Assembly (NCBI GenBank): GCA_010015805.1
Contig: ML978128.1
Coordinates: 124,001-188,000, forward strand
Reading direction: 5' to 3'
DNA: 64,000 bases
Source: Rhizodiscina lignyota
Lineage: Eukaryota
The position numbers and the translations under genes are program-made. The notes below the pieces were generated by a model. The model had not been told where the DNA came from. It made no database searches and saw only the letters and a program-made list of their open reading frames with translations. Below are positions 12,962 through 26,362 of the stretch, one piece after another (positions within the stretch are counted from its first letter, which is position 1; each line of letters opens with the position of its first letter).

Positions 12962-13350
12962 TTAAGGCTGCAACTTCGCCAACGTGCCGTCAGGATCTTC
13001 AAAGTAGAGACTGTATCTTCCCTGGGGCCACTTCATTCTTGCCGTGATGGGGAGGCCCCTCTCTATCATGTGCTGATCGCGTTGCTCGACGTCTGAAATA
13101 CTGTCAACGGCCAAACAGTAGTGCTCGAAGTGAATGTGAAGTTGCTTCTGCGAGTCTCTTCGATTCGTCCTCCGGGAATTCAACGATGTGTTCAGACGGT
13201 CCGTATCTGGGGATTCGATAATCTGGCTTTGCGGGGTCGGCTACAACATCTTGTGTCGTCATTTTAGCACGAAAAGCAGGAAGACAGTGTTGCCGAGATG
13301 GAGGCTTGCTCCTCGTCCAGACCCAGACGTGTTGGTCTTAATGCCAAAGT
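12962..13350 (-). pseudogene. Degenerate glyoxalase/VOC-fold gene
   Basis: HYCLAVDSISDV...KWPQGRYSLYFEDPDG matches the VOC C-terminal motif. Upstream LGNTVFLLF and RIPRYGPSE segments are in other frames; no intact start seen. Confidence 0.6.
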
Positions 13351-13446
13351 TGTCGAGATCACTTCTTTGCTGATGGGATACCGAATTCGAGTATCAAGAC
13401 GATCATGCACAGAGTCTCTGTTACTGCTCCTGTCGTCCTCACTTCG

Positions 13447-15803
13447 CTACAACTTCGAGATATCTCCGTGCCCGGCTGCCCATCTTTCATAGCCTTCGAC
13501 CATCTCTCGCGTAATGGTCTTACGATAATTCTGCACCAAGTCTTCAAACTCATCCATCTTCACCCTCTCATTCAGAATACCGTCATTGTCTCCACTCTCA
13601 AAGTTCGCGTGTGCTCTCAGTGCAGCGAACCAGGCAGCATCGTTACACATGGACGCGATTTCGGCACCCGAATGGCCTTCCGTCAACTCTGCCAACTTGA
13701 GCGGATCAACGTCCTCGAAGATTTTGGAACTCATGTTTATAGCGAAGATCTGTTTTCTGGCCTCCAGAGGCGGCGGCGACACGTATAATACGGCATCGAA
13801 TCTTCCCGGTCGCAGTAATGCAGGATCCAGAATATCAGGGCGGTTGGTTGCTGCAAGCACCAATACATTATCAAGGTTCTCGATACCATCCATCTCGTTC
13901 AGTAAGGTCGTTAATACATTCAGTCCAGGTGTGCCGCCGCCGGACTTGCCGCCTCCCTCTGTGCCTCGTGAGGACGCAATAGCATCAATTTCGTCAAAGA
14001 AGATAACAGATGGGCTGGCAGCCCTCGCCTTGCGGAAGACCTCCCTAACGCTGCGTTCCGTTTCGCCAACGTACATGCTCGTCAACTCCGCTCCTTTCAC
14101 TGCGACGAAGTTCAAGCCTGAAGATGCCGCTACAGCTTTGGCGGTGAGTGTTTTGCTGCAACCTGGAGGCCCGTAGAGCAAGATACCTCGAGGAGGCCGG
14201 ATGTTAAAGGCGGACATGATCTCCGGATGTTTAAATGGCAGATCAACAAACTTCGAGAGCGCTGCTTTGACGGTTTCGGAACCCCCTATGTCGGACCAGG
14301 ACACATTTGGCGTTGATAGAGTGATTTCACGCATAGCTGTTGGGCGGACTCGTTGTAGAGCAGTGGCGAAGTCTGAAAGGAGTATCTCTGGATTCTCCGG
14401 ATGATCGTTGTCGGTAAATCCGTGCTCTATCCCTTTCCTAGACACAAAGTCCCCATTCGGTTTGTCTGTCGCAGTTGCTTCGCGAAGGATTCGAAGTTCC
14501 GCAGCGTGCGCGGCAGCTTCACACAGCTGATCCAAATCACGGCCGACGAACCCGTGAGTTTTATCACCAACAGCATCTATTACTGTGTCCGAGATTGATG
14601 TTAGTGAGCCCCTGAGTGCTCTTAATATTTGCCTTCGCCCAATTGCATCCGGAACAGGTAGCTCCAATTCGACATTGAAATAAGGCCGTAATTTTGTGTC
14701 AATATCATTTGGATTGCCTGTCGCTGCAACGACAAGAACTTGTGCCTCCCCAAGGTCGCCCATCTGCTTCGCAATAATCGGTGGTAGAGCGTAGTGCTTG
14801 CCCTCTCGATCGCCATTCCCCGCGAGGAGGTGCAAATCATCCATTACGATTAAGCTGGGTTGCTGTGATATTGCATCTGTAAAAGCTTTCTGCGCCATTG
14901 CTCGATTGGTAACTGAGTCGCTGTCGATGGTTGTCACATTGCGGAAGCCGGCCGTTTTGAGTTTGTTGAGCACCAGAGTCTTTCCTGTACCTTGCGGCCC
15001 ATGCATGAGGATTCTTGCCGGCTTTCGACGAGGCCAGAGCTTTGATGATAGTCCATTCTTGTCAAGGAGCCGTTTCATAGCGGCGATGTGACCGTTTAGC
15101 TCTTCCAACTGGCGATCCAATGCTCCAATCCCTTCGCCATCAATTTGGATTGGGGTCATGGCATGCCCTTTCGAATTTTCTACTCCGTCAGGGACGGTGC
15201 TGTGAGAAAGATGCAAGATGCTATCGGTATCGAATGTCCAAGGTCGCACAGGCAGACCCGCAGGCAGATCTGGCTCTATTTTTTCAATGGTGAATCGTCT
15301 CTTTCTTCTACTGGACTTTGGGAGAACATCAATTACACCACCAGTCCAAATTGCTTCTAAGTGATCTGAAGTAGTCAGAGTCTGTGAGAAAGCTAGGGCT
15401 GCTTCGGATACTCACAGAGCGTCGAGTGGATGCTATATTTCAAGGCAGCTTCTTCTTCCCCCTCTTGAACACCTTGACCAGGCGTAACCTCTTTGGCCCA
15501 AATACTCTGGATTCGCGGAAGGTTCCCTTCATCCTTTGAGACAGAGAAACGGTCTTCCAGTTTGAAGCCGTACACTTCTTTGAATGAGTGGCTTGCCTTC
15601 ACGATCGCACGAGAACTTTTCGCATCCCCGAGCCAGGCAATCCCCACACCTGCCACCGAGCCGGCACTGAGAACACAACGATCGCCATTTTGCAATCTAA
15701 GTGTCTTCAAATCGTCAGGGTGAAAATAGACGCGGAATTCACCGTCAAGAGTGGACGACTTTTTCTCAAGTAATCGAAGTTTGAACGATTGGGCTTCTGC
15801 CAT
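13447..15803 (-). CDS. AFG2: AFG2/DRG1 (SPATA5-like) double-ring AAA ATPase for ribosome biogenesis
   Basis: D1 GPQGTGKT; D2 GPPGCSKT, FFDEIDA, AATNRPDILDPALLRPGRFD; start MAEAQSFKL; one intron near 15370-15420. Confidence 0.85.
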
Positions 15804-15941
15804 TGCTGCAGTGAAAGAGCTTGCGTCGAACAAGCCAAGGCAAAAGAAGCCAGTCGCATTTCATGCTTGTTGTCCGACTGTGCGATTTTCAAAGAAGGGC
15901 AGACCTCGCCTTGAACTTTTTCCTTGGGCGAGCTAGCCACC

Positions 15942-15955
15942 AACCCTAACCCTAA
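15942..15955. promoter_or_regulatory. Telomere-like motif AACCCTAACCCTAA in a divergent promoter (candidate Tbf1-type site)
   Basis: Two TAACCC-type units between the AFG2 start and the divergent kinase gene. Confidence 0.5.
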
Positions 15956-16290
15956 AGATACATTATGGCGTTATCAAGACCGAAAGGCTCCGAGCCCCAT
16001 GGGGACTTTTATAATACAACAATTTCTTGCCTGCTGCGGATTTGCACAGGCGAGATGCGTGAATGCTTTATAACCTACTTGATTGTTGCTCTGGCAGACT
16101 TTCCTTCTGCGAGACCTGGAGGCTGAAACATTCCTCTGGACTCTTGTGCCTCAAGCTTCGACTACCACACGATTAAATCTCCGACTAACTCGCAAGAGGT
16201 TGTCTTCATCTACGAAGGAGTGTCTCAAACAACCCATTGCCCTCAAAAACAGATCCCATCTCCAGGCCGCTTCGCGTTCCGTTACCAAAC

Positions 16291-17523
16291 ATGGCAGACG
16301 AAACGAAAGATCAGGTGGCAGAGTTTCTTGACAAGCTGGATGTTACTTCTGCTTCCCTTCGAACGCTGGTAGACAATATACGTTCAAAATCCGGACCCAT
16401 ACACGTCGTTGTCTCGATCCTCGCAGGTACCGGCAAAGCGGAGGAATTCTACAAGAAGCACATACCGAAATTTCTCGCCAAATTCGATCTCAAACAGGGC
16501 GATGACTATACAACGCATTTCACAAAATCGGCTACTACCGTCACAGAGCTCGCTCAGGAAGTATTTGCGATACAAGCTCGGAGCAAGCAGGTCTTCATTA
16601 TCCTCCTCTCTGGCGATGGCGGAATCGTCGACTTGCTTAATGGCCTCGCCGCTTCTGCTCACAAAGACGGATATGTCCCTCCCATCGTAGCGGTACTTCC
16701 GTTTGGTACTGCCAATGCTCTAGCACATTCTTCAAGAGTCGCATCAGACGAAACATTCGGCCTCTCCACTCTCTGCCACGGGTCACCGAAGCAGGTACCC
16801 ATTTTCAGTGTCCAGTTTTCCCCAGGGGCACGTCTAGTCACTGACGAAGGACGGCGTTACGATGAGCTCCCACAAGTACTATCTCCCAAGCCCCCACATC
16901 CAGTGACACAAAAGGCTGCTGAGACCAGTTCTATCCCCATACCGCTGCTCTACGGCGGCGTCGTGTGCAGTTGGGGCTTCCATGCTGCCATTGTTGCGGA
17001 TAGCGACACCGCCGAGTTCCGCAAGCACGGCATCGAGCGCTTTAAGATGGCTGCCAACGAAGCGCTCTGGCCATCCAATGGCAAAGGCCCCCATGAGTAT
17101 GTCGGCGATGTGTACCTCTCCCGCAATGGGAAATGGATTAAGATCCCACGAGAGAAACATAGCTATATCCTGGCCACTACGGTATCGAATCTGGAACAGA
17201 AGTTCGTGATAAGTCCGGCATCGAAGCCCATGGATGGGAGCTTGAGGCTTGTGCACTTCGGACCTATGGGTGCGGATGATGTTATGAAAGTCATGATGCA
17301 GGCTTATGATGGAGGAAAGCATGTCGACGAAGAGACGGTGGGATATGAAACCATTGATGGGCTGTGGATCGACTTCAAGGAGGATAGTGATGAAGATGAT
17401 GACGGGCAGCGATGGCGCCGTGTATGCGTGGACGGCAAGATCATCGCGGTAGAAAAGGACGGGTGGATATGTGTGACGAAGGATCCGACGACGGTGCTGG
17501 AGCTTATCGTTCCACCCCGATGA
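16291..17523 (+). CDS. Diacylglycerol/sphingosine kinase catalytic-domain protein
   Basis: LLSGDGGIVDLLNG, PFGTANALA, VCVDGK. The start may extend upstream (frame open from 16237). Confidence 0.85.
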   Translation: MADETKDQVAEFLDKLDVTSASLRTLVDNIRSKSGPIHVVVSILAGTGKAEEFYKKHIPKFLAKFDLKQGDDYTTHFTKSATTVTELAQEVFAIQARSKQVFIILLSGDGGIVDLLNGLAASAHKDGYVPPIVAVLPFGTANALAHSSRVASDETFGLSTLCHGSPKQVPIFSVQFSPGARLVTDEGRRYDELPQVLSPKPPHPVTQKAAETSSIPIPLLYGGVVCSWGFHAAIVADSDTAEFRKHGIERFKMAANEALWPSNGKGPHEYVGDVYLSRNGKWIKIPREKHSYILATTVSNLEQKFVISPASKPMDGSLRLVHFGPMGADDVMKVMMQAYDGGKHVDEETVGYETIDGLWIDFKEDSDEDDDGQRWRRVCVDGKIIAVEKDGWICVTKDPTTVLELIVPPR

Positions 17524-18074
17524 ATAAGGGGTGTGGTACAGTTGGGGAAAACATCCAAGGTCAAGACTCACGAGGAACGTTCTGGGAAGAAATGCGGATG
17601 AGATATAATAACGCATAAAGCGTTCTTCTAAGCGTTAGAATGCAATATCCCTCAATTAATCAACTGATCCTTTACTAATGCAAACTGAGGAAGCTTTTCG
17701 AAAGGCACATTTTATGGTCAGGGAAGCCGATCCTGACTGAAATGTTCCCTCAGTGTCAGTCGTGAGCGTCGGTGCTATGCTTCCACGTAGAACGTGGTGT
17801 AGGTTAAGTAAACGACCAAAGAAAGAATCCCAAAAAGCAAAACACTCAAGACTCATGCCTGATACAACATGACAAGGTTCTATTTCAATGCATCGCAAGA
17901 CCCGTCAGCTGGCCTTGGTCAATGTTGCCTGATGACAGCGCCAAATGGAAGTCACGAAAAGAACGATGCACCGGCACATTCGGATGCATTCAGGGACTGA
18001 CCCTTAATCACAAGGCTGACATCGCTGTCCTCGATTGGCCTTGTCAATTCATCCTGATAACGCTGGCGGGTCTC

Positions 18075-21000
18075 TTACTGTGAGCAATACGAGAAGAGCG
18101 ACTCGTCCTTGTCCGATGAAAGGCTCCTTTCCATGGCGCGACCGATTTGCACGTCGACCTCGACTAGATGGTGCTCCTTGCTCTCACGAGCTTCGCTTTG
18201 GTCCTGAGCCAAATCCTGGTAGTCGTTTGGCAATTGTGATACGACAGTCTCATCGTCGAGCTCAGTTATACCGTTGGTTGAGCCTGGAGCGGCTTCGCTC
18301 GTGCTTCGTATTGTTATGGACGATGGATGGCGGTGCCGGGATGCGGTGGCTTCACCAGGGACGGGAAGCGCAGAAACATGTGTTGGGCCACCGAGTAGGG
18401 AAGCAGCACGGTCGGTGAGGTCCAGATCTTCGTCGTCGGAATCTTCAGGCTCGTATCCACTATCTTCAGCCGGAATTTCTTGATCATTGGAACTGGCGAA
18501 ATCGTGGCTCGAAATCGATGTGTTGGGTAGATGTCTTACGAACAAAGGAGCTTCTCCAGTAGAAGTATCAACAGGAGAATCAAGTCCAAGAAAAGATATG
18601 TCGCTGTCACTGCAACTCTCAGGAAGGCTAGGAAGAAGCGGCTCAAATGCCTCCATCCCTCCATCGTCGTCGGTGAGGCCGTATAAATCGTTGTTTGGGT
18701 CCTCTGAGCTGGTAGGTGGTGGCCAATCTCCACTCACGTAAACGTACCTTGGGCTGAGGCCGCCATCGATATCGCCACGCTTGTATTTGTCAATATCCTC
18801 AATGAACCGGGGAGTCTCTGGTCGAGGTGGCGTATTCTGGTTCGTGTCTGGGTTTGTGACGCGGAGAGGCATAGGAGATGGGCTGGGACTATCGATCTCG
18901 CTCGTTGGGGAGTTAGACCTGGAGCTGTACGCGATCGATATTGCACGTGATATCTGGGTCGTTCCTTGCAGTACGGGAGACTCTGTACCCCTAACTGTGA
19001 TCTTTGTACCGTCGACGAGCTCTTCTGAAGAGATGATGCGGTCGTAAGCGAGACACTGTGATCCAGCAGACAAGCTAATGTCGTCCTTCGATTCATCACC
19101 AGACTCCGATTCGTCGTCAGATGGAGGCGGCAGGTATGATTCATCGTTATCATCATCACTTCCCTTGTCCACATCATTCCCACTAGCGTTGCTAATGCCA
19201 TCATGGAGCGGATCTCCAGTGTGTGAAGCGCAACGCTGGGGAAAATCTGTGCCTGGTAGACTCCCACATGAAGCGCGGTTTGAACTGGTACTTCCGACTG
19301 TGTTAGACTCCGGACTAGCTGAAACGAAGAGGCGGCGAAGCACTGAGGGATCCGTAATAATCCGCGTACTCGGGGCCGAGCCACCGGGTGGAGTGGAAAG
19401 TTGACAACACAACGGCGTACTGAGATGTCCCAAGGGAGGAGGAATCCCATGGTAAGAAGCGTAATACTCAGGATCATACAGTGAAGTGTTGATGCGGGCG
19501 CGCCGCACAAGCTCAGAGTACGTTGGGGTACTGAGATTCGATTTTTTCTCCTGACCGTGCTGAGTTTCGATTGCTTGCTTCAGAACCATTACAGATGCCT
19601 GGCAGAGCGCTAATTGACGTTCCAGGCGTCTCAACTCGGCAATTTTTGTGTCATAGGAAAGCTGTGCAACAGTGGTGTGAGGCGTTGGACACTTAGGAAA
19701 TCTATACTAATTTTAGCAAGCCTATTGCTCTGGAAAATGCAGTAACCTACTCGATCGGTGCGACCCGTGAAGCGGTTGGATCAAGTTGTCCAAACACGTC
19801 ATTAGGGTGACCCACAATTGGCACGACTGGCATCGCGAGGGTGCATCCAAGTCGTGGCGTGTCCAGGCCTTCTTCTTGAGCTCTAATCTGTCGCACTCGC
19901 TCAGGTGGACTCAAAAGTGGATCCAAGGTGCAGTAAGGCGGCGGGTTAGCAATGGCGGAGTTGCTCGCTGTCGAGAAGGCTTCGATGGGATCCTGTTTGA
20001 CAGGTTCAGCTGCTTTGGACGGCTCATCTGGCTCTGAAGATCGATGGCTCTCAGGTGAATCTCCTGGAGTGGCTTGCATGTTGGACGGCCTTAGAGTCAG
20101 AGTCGTGCTGACACGCCTTTCCATGCTAGCAATATCTTCGAAGCGGCCCCGTTCAAGAACGCTAACTGATATGCTTGCCCCTGGCATAACTGCAGAGTCT
20201 GTAATGTTAGGGTCCGCAGCGTCAAATGGTGCTCGGTATTCGTTTATCCGCGACTCTGACTGGGGGTCTAATGGATCGACGAATGGATCATTGAGCGAAG
20301 ACAAGGCCTCAGGCATGTGGGAAGAGCGAAACGGCGAAATGGTGCCCGTGTCGCGGACGTCCTCGATAACAGGGACGCTGGTGGGTGTCCCAAGCTGCTG
20401 ATACTCCTCACAATCAGATTCGAAAAGCTCAGATTTAGGCACATCACCATCCGGTTGCTCATATGCAACTGTTGGGGGGATGCTCCCAGCGATAGGCGCT
20501 GGTGAACGAGGCTGTGTGCCGACGACGAAAGTCTCAACATCATCTTCGATGGTCAACTCTTCATGGATCAGGGCACTGAGAGGCCGACCGGAGATGTTGA
20601 TGTTGACGGTAGGCGCTGGAATCGGAATGGGAGACGAGTGATGCACCTCAATGTCGGCAAAATCTTCTGGGGCTGGCGTATTATAGCTCGATACATTCGA
20701 TCGAGGTTTATTCATCTTGCGCGACCGAGACGAGAACGTAGAGAGAATGCTCGTTCTTTTGTATTCGCGATGAGACGGGGATGGCGAGAGTTGTTCCGAA
20801 GTTGACAAAATCGACGAGTTCTCGAGGTTAAGCACGCTTGCAGACGCTGGAGTATGGTAGGAGCTAGACCGATCCGGAATCGTTATTGGACTTTGGTGGG
20901 GTCCGCGGTCGAGCAGAAATGAACCATGGCGCTTCAAATGATTTTTTAGGGACAAGGACAAAACGCTGACAGACGCCGACTTTGCGAATCCCTCTGGAGT

Positions 21001-21295
21001 CCTAGGTGTCCCTGACATCCTCAGAGGAGTGTTTTGGTCGCTTCAGTTAGGATAGAAATCAGCAAACGGCCCCATTGATATCGACTAGACCTTACGTTTC
21101 ATCTTCAGCATTCATTGCAACTTCGAGAATATTCGAAATGCTGGATCTGGCCTTGTGAAGGTTCCTGCTGACACCAGCCACCATCTTCTTGGTAATGGTC
21201 TGTTGCCACGACTCAGAGGATTGTTTGATCTGTGTCGATTCGCCCATGCTGATGCCCGAGTCTTTTCGAGTGGGTGCTCTTTCGGCGGGGTCCAT
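18075..21295 (-). CDS. Large Ser/Pro/Asp-rich, probably disordered hypothetical protein, about 3 exons
   Basis: Three consecutive same-strand ORFs (21092-21295 from MDPAERAP, 19747-21018, 18075-19634) separated by short intron-like gaps with splice signals. Confidence 0.6.
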
Positions 21296-22024
21296 GGTGC
21301 CTGGACCGAGTATTTTCAGGGGAGAGCAAATGACAGTTCGATGCAAGCCGTTACAACGGCACCGAATAATAAGATGGGAGAATGAGATGCAAGTAGAACT
21401 TGAAAACAACAGCAAATAAATTGGGGAAGGTAGGGCGTGCCTGCACGAACCGTTATAGCCGTCCCGAGCAACGCGAAGCCTGCGACTTATAGCAGGAGCC
21501 ATGAGCTCGACCGCGACCGACTTACTTCTGCAATATCTCCTGCTGGTAATTTGAAGGTATCGAAACGCATTGGTCACCTTTAGCACACAATACCCACTCT
21601 TAACGGAAGGTTCAACGGCGAACTCGTAGTCGTTGAACGAGGTGGGGAAATCATCGTCAAAGAGAGATGACACAGGTAACGCGAAAAGCAAAGACGGATC
21701 ATTTGGTTATGGTGCAAGAGGGATGGGACATGCTTTTCTTTTCAAGATGCCGTTTTCTCGCAATCCGCAACGAGACGGTCTCCTCAGTCGTCTCTCAGGT
21801 TGTCCAGCAAAGCGCCAAGCCCTGTGGCCCGTGCCCGGACGCGCTTGCATTTCTACACGCGATCGCGGCTCTGAAATCTATCAACGAACGCCCCTTCCGC
21901 ACAAATTTCCTCCTCACACATTCATTCTCGCTTACTGCGAGCTTCCACTGTCTGGAAACTTCGGTCTTCGGGCCTCGAGCATCAAGCACGTTGAGAGTAT
22001 CGACTGCCAGTTGGTGTTCTCAAC

Positions 22025-23202
22025 ATGGCGCAAAACACAAAGGCCGCGGAGGTCTTCAACAAAATGATTCAAGAGTGTAAGATCCTGCAGAACCTTCACC
22101 CCGGCTTGAGGCCACACTGACATTGCAATTCCGTAGCTCGAGAGCGCAAGAAGAATGAAGAACGCGCCAATGCCATGTTGGGAAGCGGACGCCGCTCCAG
22201 TGCACCTGGAGTAGCAAATGTGGGCAAAGCGCGAGGAAACCTTGCTAGTCGGATGGGAGTAGCCAAGGTTAGAAGCTGTTTACAGACTCGCCCATGCGAA
22301 GTTTGACGTTACCGTTCAGAAATCTGTCTCTCCATTCGCACGACCGTCTTCGACGAAACCAGCCGACCGCTCTCCTGCCAATGGTTCTGCAGCGAGATTC
22401 AAGTCTCGGCCCTTAGCACGAACAGCGTCAGATTCACGACTGGATCGAAGGAATCGAGCCCTGGAGGACGCAGTTACGCACAATTCTTCACCAAGTGGCT
22501 TGCGTAACCAAATTGACAATCGTGACACCCAAACAAATGGCTCTGGCTTCAGCATCCGCGGTCGAGCTGCACCTGAGACAATCACCGTCGTGGCTCAGAA
22601 TCTCGCACCAGGTACAACAGCAGCAGACATGGAGGCAGTCATTCAGCCACTTGCGGGTGAGGTGCAGTGCAAAATTGTGACTGCGCGACCGACTGTCATT
22701 TGCGAGATCGTATTCCAGGATAGAGCCGCGGCAGATAAGATTGTGCAAATGTTCAACAACAAGATGGTGTGTCTCGAAATATGGACACGTGCAGAAGAAT
22801 GGCAGCTAACTGTCTCAGGCTGATGGCCGGAAGCTCTATGTCTACATCAAGGACTCAGCGAACGCTCCCTCAAATGCCCCTTCAAACGCTCCCTTGCCAA
22901 GTAGAGCGCCGCCAACTGGACCCCGAGCAGATCGCGAGCGCAATGACAGGCAGCTGGAAGATGAGATGATGGATGTTGATGATGACCGTCGCCGGTATGA
23001 TGAAGAGCGCAGGTATGACGAGGAGCGCAGGCACACTCGTCGAGCCGATCCTGAGTACCAGGATGGACGATATGGCTTTGAGGAGCCGCAGAACTACCGC
23101 GATCCGAGACCTGCTGGCCCCAGAGGTAACCAGAGGGATGGTCAGAGGCTGTACTCTGACGGCATGGTCGGAAGGCGAGGTGAAGGAAGGTACGGACGCT
23201 GA
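22025..23202 (+). CDS. RRM-domain protein with Arg/Gly/Asp-rich tail, 4 exons
   Basis: ATG 22025 (MAQNTK); FSIRG...VVAQNLAPGTTAADM...CEIVF...FNNKM|ADGRKLYVY; RG-rich C-terminus. Confidence 0.75.
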
Positions 23203-23714
23203 GAGCACTATAAGCTCTCGTCCTCAGTCTGGTTCGGAGCGTTTTGGCCCGTCGCCTGCTCGCAGTACCGTTGGGTCGTCGATATGGCAAATTGGCTTAT
23301 GCTAAGTCTAACAAATGGAAGCTTCACGTCTGGGGCGGGATGGAGTGAAAAGTAATACGCATCATCTCTGGCTGTGGTTTGATGTTGAATAGTATGCGGA
23401 GCGATGATGCGTCACGAAAAGGCGAAACTAGAGCAGCTGTAGGATAAAATCGAGAAGAAAATCTCTGAAAAATTTCATGGCTGTGACTACGCTATCCATT
23501 AACTTAAAGTACCTCAATGCTGGACTCTGACTTCGCATGCACGTGCATTCGCGACTTCGCGCGCGTGAACTCACCCTGGCCCAGTTGCACTGTGTGGAGT
23601 TGAGCCGCTCTCCACTCTGCACAAACCCAGCTTCATCACCACCAAAATACAGCAATTGCGCTGGCCCATCCTTCCTCAAACATTATTATAGCCTTTGGAT
23701 CTCGCAAACCAAAT

Positions 23715-24657
23715 ATGTCAGAGCAAAATACCTCTGCGGTTGGAGCAGAGTCCGCTCAACCCTGGGACGAAACCCGCATACGCGCTTCATTAGCACGCAT
23801 CGAGCAATTGCAAAACCAAGTACGCTTCCAATGCTCTTAAATGCACTCTCAGAACCCGAATGCTGATATTATTCTCGCTAGCTCGATGCGCTGCGCTTCG
23901 TTATCCCCACAATTACCGCCTCTGCTGTGAATCAAGGCACCTCGAGGACGACGTATTTCAAGCAATTTAGCGTTACGGCTATTGGTGGGAGCGAGCAGCT
24001 GGAAAAGTTCAAGCGCGATTGGAGGGATAAGAGCACGCAGGAGATCTTCGACAAGGCCAAGACAAGGAGAGAAGAGGACTCCAATCTGAGCATGGCGGTT
24101 GGGGTGCCGAAGTATGGGTGGATTGAGCAGGATGAAGGAGGGTCGGCGTTGAGCAGTACAGAGGTGGAGGATATGAAGAAGACTGTCGAGATGTGGAAGG
24201 AAAAGCATCCAGAGGTTAAGGTGAACCTGGAGGACGAGGATAGCAAGGCAATTGTGAGTATCTACGGCTGCAATTGACTGGTGAGCCCTGTTAATGTGAT
24301 ATATAGGTTCAGTACACCGCTGGACCATACAGACTCCACTTTACCGTCGCTCGTGTTGTTGAAGACAATCGGAAACAGGTCTATCAAGTCTCATGCTCAG
24401 GAGCGAAGCCAGTATTTGCGGCAATGGAACGATGCATCGCGTCCCGACCTCGAACAGATCGTCTATATGACACTCTGGACATGCTGTCTGCCTACTCGAA
24501 TCTGCCAACTGCTCAGTGTGCCACTTGCAAGCGTCTGCTAGATCGTCAGGCTACCATTCCTGCTGCGCGGAGACGGAAGCAGTCGGCGTCTCCTCCGGCT
24601 GAGAATGGGACAGATGTAGAGTGGGACGCCCTTCATGAGAGCTGCTTATCACGATGA
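23715..24657 (+). CDS. MED27: Mediator subunit Med27-like, 3 exons
   Basis: MSEQN...PWDE start; C-terminal LDMLSAY...CATCKRLLD...WDALHESC (CxxC...HxxC zinc motif). Confidence 0.65.
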
Positions 24658-24941
24658 GCATGATCTGGCCTTTACGAGCTTTCACGACTCACGAACGGGC
24701 AAAGGATAGAGGTTTGGTTTACAACTACAAGGACTTGGGACTGTTTTGTAGGATACATGTTGGAATATGAATATCGATACCCACCAAAAATCAACCCCAA
24801 CACCGTCTGTTAAGCCCGACAGGATAATTACAAGCCAATCATTCCGTGCGTCTACAGGCAAGCCTAACAAGCCAGCAATAGGGTTCACAATTTTAGTTCT
24901 AAACGAAAGAACTCCCCTTGACATGGCAACCTCAGCCGGCC

Positions 24942-25439
24942 TCACCACATGGCATTATTGTAGCCGGCCAGGACTGGCTGCGGAGTAAACCACCAGCCAT
25001 CCGGAGTCCTGAACCTCCGAGGGATCTGATCCTTCGTTTTCGCCCCCGTCTCCCACTTCACGTCACTCCACATACCCTCATGCCCGTCTTTCCACTTCCT
25101 CGTCCTAAAGTCGTACTTCTGCGCTGCTCCCCTTCTTGCATGCCAGAACGGCTTGCCAATTCCTCTGTCACGTGGACCGTCTCCAATCACGGCGTTGAAA
25201 GCCCATGGGTCGTTCTCTGGGCGGTCGAGGAAGTCCCAGCGCGACCACTGCGAACGTGTCGGTGCATCCCATCCGAGACCTCGACCACGGTGCGTCGCGA
25301 CGAAGATGTCTGGGCCGCTGTTGGTTAGAATGTCGGCGAGGCGGCCAAGGCGGGTGCCGCGTTTGCCGTCTTTTGGCCAGATGAGGGCGTGTCGTTTTGG
25401 CGTTTTGCGCCGGACGGTCCATGGTGCTTGATATGCCAT
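24942..25439 (-). CDS. Trp/Arg-rich hypothetical protein (about 165 aa)
   Basis: ATG 25439 after an A/C-rich leader; open frame MAYQAPW...NAMW with coding-like composition. Confidence 0.55.
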   Translation of the reverse strand: MAYQAPWTVRRKTPKRHALIWPKDGKRGTRLGRLADILTNSGPDIFVATHRGRGLGWDAPTRSQWSRWDFLDRPENDPWAFNAVIGDGPRDRGIGKPFWHARRGAAQKYDFRTRKWKDGHEGMWSDVKWETGAKTKDQIPRRFRTPDGWWFTPQPVLAGYNNAMW

Positions 25440-26362
25440 TGTTGGTTGGGGACTTGGTTTTTTTGGGGGGTTCTGTTTTTTTAGCAAAATATATGTGCTT
25501 TTGGATTGGAAAAAAAGGTAGATGAATTCGGGGTTCAGAAATTAGAAAGAGACAAGAGCAGATATCCACCCAAGACAAACAGGTTCTGATGTCCAAACCT
25601 TCTCAACGGATCTTCTCTGCTGTGATCAATCTACCTTATGACTCTTACTATATACCTCAACTGCATGGCAGTTGCCTTGCTGTCGTTGTACGGTCCTGTA
25701 TGTGTGATGAAAGTTTGATCAAACAAACCGCAGCAACTGGAGGAATATCAAACCCAAACCCAACGAGCGGCAGCAAGATTCACTCCAGACTCACGCAGGT
25801 ATTTGCGGATCGGGAAAACAGCGAAATGGCGCAAGAAAAGCTGCTCAGGTAGCAATAGAGGGAACTCTTTTGGGCATCTGTGGGAAGTGAATATTATCGT
25901 CTGAGAGTTCTGCTGAGAGGTTTGACGCTGTGGGTCAGGAACAAGCGGGGAGAGTGTTTGCAACAATGTTCGTTGAGCAATTTGGAAGATACTGCAGAAC
26001 TGATTGCCTGTGTAATAAACGCGTTTCTTGGGCGATAATGGAAGGAACGCCGTTGGGATACCAGAGCAAATTCAAAGTGGAAATCAATTCTTGTCAAATA
26101 TTGCCACTGAAAGGACATACTTAGATGCTGTTAGAAGTTGAAATTCGTGAGCATCTCGGAGCATGTGACGGAAATTTTGGCAATGCCATGATAATGAAAG
26201 CCTGAAACTTTTGAATGGTTGCACGAGGATATCGCAAGAGAGGTGAGATCGGCGATTGCTACCTGTTCTCCATTCAAAGTTCCGTCGACTCTATTTTGAT
26301 ATATACATAAGGGACTATTCAAACAGCCGTTCGTCCGCTCCTCGAATCAAAAATATCTTGGT

